Assembly (NCBI GenBank): GCA_963718665.1
Contig: OY970359.1
Span: 1,824,001-1,888,000 of the forward strand
From: an uncultured Phycisphaerales bacterium
GTDB taxonomy: Bacteria > Planctomycetota > Phycisphaerae > Sedimentisphaerales > Anaerobacaceae
DNA: 64,000 nucleotides
Direction of reading: 5' to 3'
Shown: piece after piece, positions 9,829-18,519 of the stretch
How positions within the stretch are numbered: position 1 is the first letter of the stretch
Layout: each line of letters opens with the position of its first letter
Made by a program: the position numbers and the translations under genes
Notes under the pieces: model-generated
Told to the model about the DNA's origin: nothing
What the model saw: the letters and a program-made list of their open reading frames with translations, nothing else
Databases searched by the model: none

Positions 9829-11163
9829 TTATTTTGCGTAGTGCAGGTTTTTTATGTGCTGGTAGCCGAAATGAGCAAGCAGGTGGTCGAGCAGCACAAT
9901 AGCGGTGTAATTTTCCGCAACGGGCCAGATTCTGGCGGTGATTGTGGGGTCACGGCGTGTTATAGCCGCTAATTGCTTGTTTTCGAGGGTGTATTTGTCG
10001 ATGGTGTGCTGCGGTTTTGCGATTGTTGGGGTGGGTTTGACTGCGAGACGGACGACTATCGGCTGACCCGTTGCCAGGCCTCCGGTGATACCACCCGCGT
10101 TATTAGTGTCGAAAACCACTTTGCCGTTTTTGGCCTGCATCTGGTCGTTGTCCTGGTAGCCGGTCATATCTTTTACCGCCATACCAGCACCGACTTCGAC
10201 TGCCTTGACTGCGCCGATACCGAGCATCCTGCCAAGTTCAGCGTCGAGCTTGCAGAAAACCGGTTCGCCAAGTCCGGTTGGCACGCCCAGGGCAACGACT
10301 TCCACCAGGCCGCCCGCTGAATCGCCGTCCGCGGAGATTTTATTGCAGGCGTCGGTCATTGCCTGCGCGGCGTCAATATCAGGGCAGTTGACGATATGGT
10401 GAACGCCGTATTTGTCTTTGACTTGTTTTGCAGTGATTTTCGGCGTTTTGTCGCGTATGGCATCGATTTCCTTCTCGATTTGTGCGAAGACGGCTGCCTT
10501 TTCGAGGAAGCGCATATTCATATTGACCCGGCCTTTGACGTAGATTTCCTGGTAGAAGGGGTCGAGGTCGCATCGCATCTTTTTGTAATTCTCGGTTTGT
10601 TGAAACGCCTTATTGTGGTCGATATCGGGGCATCGGACGCCGGCGATTTCCTTAACATAGGCGAAGACGCTTATGCCGCATTTTTTGAGGACTTTTTTTG
10701 CGACGTAGCCGGCGGCGACGATGGTTGAGGTATATCGTCCGCTGAAGAATCCTGCGCCGATAGAATCGTCGTCGGGGCCATATTTGACGAATGACGCCCA
10801 GGATGCGTGGCCGGGGCGAGGCGTGCGGTTGGTGTCCTGATATTGCTTGACGTGGACAAAATGCCGGTCGAGGTTCGGTATCAGGATAGTCAAAGGCGTG
10901 CCATTGGTGTGGTTTTTGTTGCCCGCGTTTTCGATTGTGTCCTCGGCGTTTAGTCCTGAGTAGATTATTGGTAAATCCGGCTCTTTGCGGGGGCTGGATA
11001 GCTCATCAGCGCCTGGTTTTCGCAGGAGTAAGTCGCCGTAAATTTCCTGCTCTGTCAGGGGTATTGCCGGCGGATGACCCTGCACGACAGCAGTGAGGCC
11101 TTCCTGATACGACCCGCCCGCGACCGTTACCTGAAACATTCTTCCGATATGGCAGCCAATCAT
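9829..11163 (-). CDS. aroC: Chorismate synthase family protein (divergent, with an internal insertion)
   Basis: SPRKEPD, RPGHA, DSAGG.VEV, GLGEPVF.KLDA, NNAGGI.GG..GQPI, KPTPTI.KPQ motifs; downstream of aroA; start taken at ATG 11163 behind an AGGAG SD. Confidence 0.85.
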   Translation of the reverse strand: MIGCHIGRMFQVTVAGGSYQEGLTAVVQGHPPAIPLTEQEIYGDLLLRKPGADELSSPRKEPDLPIIYSGLNAEDTIENAGNKNHTNGTPLTILIPNLDRHFVHVKQYQDTNRTPRPGHASWASFVKYGPDDDSIGAGFFSGRYTSTIVAAGYVAKKVLKKCGISVFAYVKEIAGVRCPDIDHNKAFQQTENYKKMRCDLDPFYQEIYVKGRVNMNMRFLEKAAVFAQIEKEIDAIRDKTPKITAKQVKDKYGVHHIVNCPDIDAAQAMTDACNKISADGDSAGGLVEVVALGVPTGLGEPVFCKLDAELGRMLGIGAVKAVEVGAGMAVKDMTGYQDNDQMQAKNGKVVFDTNNAGGITGGLATGQPIVVRLAVKPTPTIAKPQHTIDKYTLENKQLAAITRRDPTITARIWPVAENYTAIVLLDHLLAHFGYQHIKNLHYAK

Positions 11164-11173
11164 ATTTTTCTCC

Positions 11174-11240
11174 TTTAGCCCGTGAGATAACCAACTCACG
11201 GACTTGTCTGTTATTCCCGGATATTATCTCACGGGCTGGA
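11174..11240 (-). repeat. 66-bp palindromic element family A, diverged copy directly upstream of the aroC SD
   Basis: Reverse complement reads CAGCCCGTGAGATAA...CAAGTCCGTGAGTTGGTTATCTCACGGGCTAAA, homologous to the copies at 15041, 16761 and 18440. Confidence 0.9.
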
Positions 11241-11248
11241 TGTTAATT

Positions 11249-12514
11249 TTATATTTGCACCAAGTTCTGCATCAGTTTAGCATATTCCGGGAAAGTAACA
11301 CTCATTGCTTCGGCGGAGCCGATTGTACACTGGCCTTTCATTGCCATAGCGGCAATCGACAGCGCCATTACAATGCGGTGGTCGCCTCTGCCGTCGAGAA
11401 TCGCCGGTTTTGGGTTACTGTGTTTGATTATGAGGCCATCGGGTAGCTCCTCGGTATCGATGCCAAGTTTTTTAAGTTCTTCGGCCATACATTTGATACG
11501 GTCTGTTTCTTTTGCTCTCGCCTGCGGGACGTTTACGAGACGAGTTTGACCTTGGGCGAATGCGCCGACGACCGCCATAGCGGGCAGGGTGTCGGGCGTG
11601 GCGTTCATATCGATTTCGATGCCTTTGAGTTGTGATTGCCTGACGGTTATCGAATCATTGCCAATCGATATGTCAGCACCCATTGCTTTTAGATACTCGA
11701 CGACGGCTTTATCCGGCTGGCTGTCTGAAAAGTCGAGACCTTTGAGCGTTACGCCATCACCGATAAGGGCTGCTGCGCACAGGAAGAACGTTGCGCTGGA
11801 GAAATCCGCGGGCACGGTCGCATCGAAGGATTTATATTGCTGGCCGCCCCTGATTTTGAAATTAAACAAGCCGTCGTTATCGTATTTAATCGATTGCTTA
11901 TCAAGCCAGTCGAGCGTCATTTGGACATATCCCGGCTCGTTGAGGAGGGTAACGTTAATGTCGGTGTCTTTTTCGGCAAGCGGCGTGCACATAAGCAGGG
12001 AGGTGAGATACTGGCTGCTGAACGCGGCGATTGATGTTTTGCCGCCGATTAGCCGGCCTGTTACGGTTGCGGGGGCTTTGCCGTTATTTTTCAGGCAGAC
12101 GCATTTTGCTCCCAGCTCGTTTAGTGAATCAATCAGCGGGCCGATGGGTCGCGACTGGATTTGTTCGTCGCCGGTGAAGTGCGTTGTTTGGCCTGCAGGC
12201 GAGAGGGCAGCGGAACCAAGAGCGATACGCAGCGTTGTTCCTGAATTGCCGACGTCTATAATTTCTTTTGGGGGGAGGACTTGCCCCGCGATGCCGGTAA
12301 CCTTCCAGCAATCGTTATTTAAGGCGTCTATTTTTGCGCCGAGTGAGCGGTAGCAGGATATCGCGGAAAGGGTGTCGCCTGAGATGAGCGGGCTGCGGAT
12401 TGAGCTTTCGCCTTTGGCAAGCGAGGCGATTGCCACGGCGCGAATCGTGTGTGATTTCGAGCCGGGAATGGCGACTGTGCCCTTCAACCGGGATTTCCCT
12501 GTTATAAGCTGCAT
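11249..12514 (-). CDS. aroA: 3-phosphoshikimate 1-carboxyvinyltransferase (EPSP synthase)
   Basis: PGSKSHTIRA, GNSGTTLR, SSQYLTSLL, KETDRI, DHRIVMA motifs. Confidence 0.95.
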   Translation of the reverse strand: MQLITGKSRLKGTVAIPGSKSHTIRAVAIASLAKGESSIRSPLISGDTLSAISCYRSLGAKIDALNNDCWKVTGIAGQVLPPKEIIDVGNSGTTLRIALGSAALSPAGQTTHFTGDEQIQSRPIGPLIDSLNELGAKCVCLKNNGKAPATVTGRLIGGKTSIAAFSSQYLTSLLMCTPLAEKDTDINVTLLNEPGYVQMTLDWLDKQSIKYDNDGLFNFKIRGGQQYKSFDATVPADFSSATFFLCAAALIGDGVTLKGLDFSDSQPDKAVVEYLKAMGADISIGNDSITVRQSQLKGIEIDMNATPDTLPAMAVVGAFAQGQTRLVNVPQARAKETDRIKCMAEELKKLGIDTEELPDGLIIKHSNPKPAILDGRGDHRIVMALSIAAMAMKGQCTIGSAEAMSVTFPEYAKLMQNLVQI

Positions 12515-12583
12515 AGCTGGGGATATTTTACCCTGATGATTGGGATTTGTCCTGCAAAATCAGGAGTTTTGGGCTTGAGAGGC

Positions 12584-12624
12584 AAAATAAAACCCGCCGG
12601 TCAGTTTTAGACCAACCGGCGGGT
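12584..12624 (-). terminator. Rho-independent terminator downstream of the 12649-13458 gene
   Basis: Stem ACCCGCCGGT/ACCGGCGGGT followed on the minus strand by TTTTATTTT. Confidence 0.7.
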
Positions 12625-12648
12625 AAGATATTCAAATGTAACTAAGTT

Positions 12649-13458
12649 TTAGTTCCAGACTTTGATGCCCGGAATTTCTTTGCCGTCAGCGCCAACGACG
12701 CGGAGCATAAACTGGTATTCGCCCGTGTCCTGGTCAACTTTGATTAAGAGCAGGTTTTTGCCCTTGTTGAGTTTTACCTTGTGGGTTTCCTGGTCCATTT
12801 CCATTGCGCGATATTCGTGCACTGTGGCGATTAGCTGGTGATTTATCCAGAGCTTGTAGCCGTCGTCTGAGCCAACCCTGACTTCGACATCTTTATCCGT
12901 GTCTGCATCGAGCCAGCAGGCACTGTAAGTCAGGATTTGCGGCTGCTGTGGCTCCAGCTTGAGATGCGGGACGTCGAAAAAGTTGACCGTCGTATCGGCT
13001 GATTGATACGGCTGCCATTTCAATGCCGTGCCGTTGGGTTCTTTGATTTCCATACCGTTTGTGGGCGTGAAGGCCATTTCGCCGCCGTAGTTTTTCAGGT
13101 AGTCCGTGTTAAAGCCCTTGTTGTCGGGTCTTTCGCCGGGGTTGGGGAATGGCCCCACAATCAGCCAGTTGCTAACGAAACCTTGCTCCTCAGCCCAGTT
13201 CTTTGCGAGGTTAAAGGGGCCAAGTGTTGGGCCGGCAACAGCGGCGGCTGGTTTTGGTGCGGGTGCAGGTACGGGTGTCGGTGCTGGTTTTGCTTCCGCT
13301 GCCGGTTTTACTGCTGCAGCAGGTTTCTCAGCGGGTGCGGTTGCCTTTACCTCTTTTGCCTTGGGGCTTGCTGCTTCTTCCTGGCATCCGGCTATTACCG
13401 CGCACAGGGCTGCAAGGCACAACACTAACATCATCGTGCGAAACTGACTCTTGTTCAT
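12649..13458 (-). CDS. Lipoprotein with Pro/Ala-rich linker and PA14-like beta-sandwich domain
   Basis: Lipobox VIAGC; WLIVGPFPN and GSDDGYKLWIN...L.KG.N.LLIKVDQ motifs. Confidence 0.75.
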   Translation of the reverse strand: MNKSQFRTMMLVLCLAALCAVIAGCQEEAASPKAKEVKATAPAEKPAAAVKPAAEAKPAPTPVPAPAPKPAAAVAGPTLGPFNLAKNWAEEQGFVSNWLIVGPFPNPGERPDNKGFNTDYLKNYGGEMAFTPTNGMEIKEPNGTALKWQPYQSADTTVNFFDVPHLKLEPQQPQILTYSACWLDADTDKDVEVRVGSDDGYKLWINHQLIATVHEYRAMEMDQETHKVKLNKGKNLLLIKVDQDTGEYQFMLRVVGADGKEIPGIKVWN

Positions 13459-13595
13459 AATCCAACTCCTTTCTGAAAAATTGTCCGTAAGATAGCTTCA
13501 ACCAAACGCTATGTCGGCATCTTAACGTTTTTGCCGTGTTCGTAAGCTAACAATCGGGGGGGCGTCCTGCAAGAGATTTTTTCTTTTCATTCGGG

Positions 13596-13614
13596 CGGTT
13601 CGACTTGGCTCGCC
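13596..13614. repeat. Degenerate copy of palindromic element family C (TTCGAC..GCTC) next to the ATP-cone gene stop
   Basis: GGTTCGACTTGGCTCGCC resembles AGTTCGACTTCGCTCACC found in trmD. Confidence 0.45.
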
Positions 13615-14232
13615 TCAGGCGGTTTGGAGCTGATTTTGTGCCCGAATGACGGCGGCAGCGTCGCTTAAGACGAGTTGTTTGACTAATTCGGCCGGGATAA
13701 CGGGCAGGCCCAGATTGAAAACCTTTTCCTCCACCATTGAGGCGACGGTTCTGGCGGTCTGCCTGTGCAGGCGGTGTTTTGTGACTAAGTATTCGACAAT
13801 CAGGGATTTATCCCATTTGCAACGGGGCTGGTCTGAATAGTCGGTGTAAAGCTCCTCGGCGTCGGACAGCCCGTCGAGCCGGCCGCGGATGACTTCGACC
13901 CGGCAGCGTTTCAGCTTTCGCTCGAAATGATGCTCGCTGACCGCTATTGCCGCCTCCTCGAAACCTGTGTCGGCGAGGACTGTTTTTATTATCGAAAGTA
14001 TCTCGCGGGCACTGATGCTGATTTGCGAATCGCCAGGTTGAGCTGTGCGGTAAAGGAAAAAGGTTACTGCATCCGCGATTTCCTGTGCGGCGTGTATATC
14101 GGGGCGGCCTGCTGAGCCGAGGGCGTTTGCGATGGTCCCGATGACCTTGGTATGAAAATACTCCTCGCTTGTGCCGTCGGCTTTGACGACTGTCAATTTT
14201 GGCGTCCTTGCCGTCATAATTGTACCCTGCAC
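13615..14232 (-). CDS. Tandem ATP-cone-like domain protein without a catalytic domain
   Basis: VVKADGTSEEYFHTKV (first cone-like start) and KWDKSLIVEYLV...A..VAS.VEEKV (second cone-like region); immediately downstream of nrdR. Confidence 0.6.
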   Translation of the reverse strand: MQGTIMTARTPKLTVVKADGTSEEYFHTKVIGTIANALGSAGRPDIHAAQEIADAVTFFLYRTAQPGDSQISISAREILSIIKTVLADTGFEEAAIAVSEHHFERKLKRCRVEVIRGRLDGLSDAEELYTDYSDQPRCKWDKSLIVEYLVTKHRLHRQTARTVASMVEEKVFNLGLPVIPAELVKQLVLSDAAAVIRAQNQLQTA

Positions 14233-14250
14233 AAATTGTTCGTGCCCGGC

Positions 14251-14739
14251 TTACTGGAAGAGCTTCGGCTGTCCCGTTGTGTCGGGCTGCGATATTGCCT
14301 GGGTTATTTCATCAATAAACTCGCCGGCGTCCTTGAAATCGCGATAGACGCTGGCGAAACGGATATACGCCACTTTATCAACGTCGCGAAGGTGTTTTAT
14401 AACGCTTTCGCCGATGAAGGAGCTGGTAACCTCCTTGTCGAAGTTTTTGAAAATGTCCTCTTCGACCTTGTCGGCAATCAGTCGAATCTGCTCGGCGGAA
14501 ACGGAGCGTTTGTAACAGGCCTTCTGAAGACCTACTATAACTTTTTCTCTGTCATAAGGGACGCGGGAGCTGTCTTTTTTGATGACGTACATTCTGAAGC
14601 TCTCGCAGGTTTTTTCGTAAGTGGTGAAGCGCTTGTTACACGACAGGCACTGGCGTCTGCGTCGGATGATTCGTCCGCCGTCGCTGGAGCGAGAGTCGAT
14701 TACTTTATCCTGCTCTTCCTTACAGAAGGGACATCTCAC
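14251..14739 (-). CDS. nrdR: Transcriptional repressor NrdR
   Basis: RCPFC...DKVIDSR...IRRRRQCLSCNKRFTTYE zinc ribbon, ATP cone, VAYIRFASVYRDF; GTG start at 14739 with GAGGTG SD. Confidence 0.95.
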   Translation of the reverse strand: MRCPFCKEEQDKVIDSRSSDGGRIIRRRRQCLSCNKRFTTYEKTCESFRMYVIKKDSSRVPYDREKVIVGLQKACYKRSVSAEQIRLIADKVEEDIFKNFDKEVTSSFIGESVIKHLRDVDKVAYIRFASVYRDFKDAGEFIDEITQAISQPDTTGQPKLFQ

Positions 14740-14891
14740 GGCGTTATCCCACCTCGCTTTCAATCAACCCGTATGTTAACAAAACAAACTCCGGCTGCGC
14801 TTATACACTCACAACCAGCAGACGCATTGTAAAAACACTTCGCTGAATGTGTCAAAGAAAATCCGCGAATAATCGCATTAGCCGAAGGCGG

Positions 14892-14971
14892 GCCCCATTA
14901 GCCCCGTTAGAAAAAAACCGTAATACGGAACTTTATGATAAATCGCAGCTTTCTAACGGGGCTAACGGGGC
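14892..14971. repeat. Palindromic element family B with doubled (nested) termini
   Basis: GCCCCATTAG-CCCCGTTAGAAA...TTTCTAACGGGG-CTAACGGGGC; loop similar to the copy at 16981. Confidence 0.85.
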
Positions 14972-14987
14972 GGGTCTGATTTTCTTT

Positions 14988-15015
14988 TTGACAATCCCGG
15001 TCAATCAATTAGCAT
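14988..15015 (+). promoter_or_regulatory. Putative sigma70 promoter of the oxidoreductase gene
   Basis: TTGACA-16 nt-TAGCAT. Confidence 0.5.
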
Positions 15016-15040
15016 AAGCGCCATATTATAAAACCTGATT

Positions 15041-15106
15041 TTCAGCCCGTGAGATAAAATGGGCAATTAAAGGCAAGTCCGTGAGCTGGTTATCTCACGG
15101 GCTAAA
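15041..15106 (+). repeat. 66-bp palindromic element family A
   Basis: TTCAGCCCGTGAGATAAAATGGGCAATTAAAGGCAAGTCCGTGAGCTGGTTATCTCACGGGCTAAA, followed directly by the GGAG SD. Confidence 0.95.
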
Positions 15107-15117
15107 GGAGCAGTCAA

Positions 15118-16653
<1,536 letters not shown>

Positions 16654-16708
16654 TGACGGTACGGCTTTTTTACGGCGATTTCTATTTTCGATGAGGGGGC
16701 GGAAAAGT

Positions 16709-16737
16709 TTGACAGTTTGAAGCCGGGAATCTACAAT
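16709..16737 (+). promoter_or_regulatory. Sigma70 promoter of dnaB
   Basis: TTGACA-17 nt-TACAAT. Confidence 0.7.
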
Positions 16738-16760
16738 GCGGTTTTGCCCGGCGTTTCAGT

Positions 16761-16826
16761 TTCAGCCCGTGAGATAAAACGGGCAATTAAAGGCAAGTCC
16801 GTGAGCTGGTTATCTCACGGGCTAAA
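16761..16826 (+). repeat. 66-bp palindromic element family A in the dnaB leader
   Basis: Identical to the 18440 copy and one mismatch from the 15041 copy. Confidence 0.95.
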
Positions 16827-16871
16827 TTGTTACGGCGGGTTTTTGTGTGTTTTCAACGGGATGACAAGGGA

Positions 16872-18437
16872 ATGGCAGGCACGATAAGGGAAAATACAGG
16901 CAGGCCGGTGAAGAAACGTTTAGAGACGGTATCATCGGCCAAGACACCTCCCGCTGCTGTCTCACGACAGCAGGACGCGGGTCCCGTTAGAAAAAATCGC
17001 GATACGGAAGTTTCCAATAGGTCGTGGATTTCTAACGGGACGGGGGTTGCGGCATTGACCGGGCGGATGATGCCCGAATCGCTTGCTGCCGAGGCGGCGG
17101 TGCTTGGCTCGATGGTGATTGACCCTGTATGCATAGGGCAGGTTGTTGAGATGTTAGGCAGGGATTCATTTTACCGGGTTGAGCACCAGTTGATTTACGA
17201 CGCCATAATCGCGCTTTACGAGAAAAACAGGGGCGAGGGTATCGACGGCGTTCTGCTTCGCGATGAGCTTGAAGGCCGTAAGCAATTGGAACAGGTGGGC
17301 GGGGTAGAATATATAGGCAGGATTCTTAACTCTGTACCCAGTTCCGCCAACGTCGCTTATTACGCGGGCATAGTAAAAGACAAGCAGCTTCAACGCGAGC
17401 TGATTCAAACCGCGACTGATATACTAAACGACGCTTATGATTCCGCAGGCGAATCAGGCCAGAAACTTGATGAGGCCGAGCAGCGGATTTTCGCTATTAC
17501 CGACAAACGCACCACAGGCCAGGCGATAAATATAAAAGACCTTGTTACTCACGCATACGAATTAATCGAGAAGCGCGACGGCAAACACGTTACGGGCCTG
17601 GCGACCGGCTTTACGACGCTCGACCAGCTTACCTGCGGCCTGCAAAACGGCGAAATGATTATCATCGCGGGCAGACCAAGTATGGGTAAAACCGCGCTGG
17701 CCCTGAATATCGCGGAAAATATCGGCATCGTTGAAAAGACGCCCGCTGCTATTTTTTCGCTGGAAATGGGTCAGCAGCAGTTAGCGGAAAGATTTCTTTG
17801 CAGCGTCAGCCAGGTTGACAGCCAGCTTGTGCGAAAGGGAATGCTTTCGACGGAACATTATCGCCGGCTGGTTGACGCCTGCGGCATACTTTCGGCTGCT
17901 CCGATATTTATCGACGATACCTCGTCTCTTACGCCGCTGGAACTGCGGGCCAAGGCAAGACGTTTTAAAAGCCAGTACGACATAAAATGCGTTTTCGTGG
18001 ACTATCTGCAGTTAATGCAGATGGGGACACGCGTGGAATCGCGTCAGCAGGAAATCACGACGATATCGCGGTATCTAAAGGCCCTGGCGAGGGAGCTGAA
18101 CATACCTGTTGTTGTGCTGAGCCAGCTGAACCGGTCTCCCGAAGGGCGGACAGACCATTTGCCGAGGATGAGCGACCTTCGTGAAAGCGGCAGTATCGAG
18201 CAGGACGCAGATGTAGTTATGCTGCTGCACCGCGAGGATTATTATCACAGCGGGGACAAAGAATACGAGTCGAATAATATCGCCAACATTATAATAGCCA
18301 AGCAGCGAAACGGGCCGACAGGGACGGTTGACCTTATGTTCTTAGACAGGTTTACCAAGTTTGGTAACGCTTCGTTCGCAGATGACACTTCAACAGCTTT
18401 ACAGCAGGAGCCGCCCAGGGAAGAAACGCCGTTTTGA
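16872..18437 (+). CDS. dnaB: Replicative DNA helicase
   Basis: AEAAVLGSM, GRPSMGKT Walker A, VDYLQLM, SQLNR, DLRESGSIEQDAD, KQRNGPTG; start codon choice uncertain. Confidence 0.95.
   Translation: MAGTIRENTGRPVKKRLETVSSAKTPPAAVSRQQDAGPVRKNRDTEVSNRSWISNGTGVAALTGRMMPESLAAEAAVLGSMVIDPVCIGQVVEMLGRDSFYRVEHQLIYDAIIALYEKNRGEGIDGVLLRDELEGRKQLEQVGGVEYIGRILNSVPSSANVAYYAGIVKDKQLQRELIQTATDILNDAYDSAGESGQKLDEAEQRIFAITDKRTTGQAINIKDLVTHAYELIEKRDGKHVTGLATGFTTLDQLTCGLQNGEMIIIAGRPSMGKTALALNIAENIGIVEKTPAAIFSLEMGQQQLAERFLCSVSQVDSQLVRKGMLSTEHYRRLVDACGILSAAPIFIDDTSSLTPLELRAKARRFKSQYDIKCVFVDYLQLMQMGTRVESRQQEITTISRYLKALARELNIPVVVLSQLNRSPEGRTDHLPRMSDLRESGSIEQDADVVMLLHREDYYHSGDKEYESNNIANIIIAKQRNGPTGTVDLMFLDRFTKFGNASFADDTSTALQQEPPREETPF
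16981..17041. repeat. Palindromic element family B within the dnaB 5' coding region
   Basis: GTCCCGTTAGAAA...TTTCTAACGGGAC, read in frame as PVRKNRDTEVSNRSWISNGT. Confidence 0.85.
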
Positions 18438-18439
18438 CA

Positions 18440-18505
18440 TTCAGCCCGTGAGATAAAACGGGCAATTAAAGGCAAGTCCGTGAGCTGGTTATCTCACGGG
18501 CTAAA
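18440..18505 (+). repeat. 66-bp palindromic element family A between dnaB and bamA
   Basis: Identical to 16761-16826; fills most of the intergenic space. Confidence 0.95.
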
Positions 18506-18519
18506 ATTGAAAGGTAAAA

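Noticed and set aside
11164..11199. N-terminal extension MSWLSHGLKEKN of AroC in the ORF track
   Set aside because: It is mostly translated family A repeat; the AGGAG SD points to ATG 11163.
11589..12353. Long antisense or alternate-frame ORFs (also 14152-14832, 21827-22561, 45975-46658, 59500-60129)
   Set aside because: They are shadows of well-supported genes on the opposite strand, with no recognisable motifs.
16872..18437. Intein in DnaB
   Set aside because: The helicase core is of normal length with contiguous motifs, and there is no C...HN splice junction.
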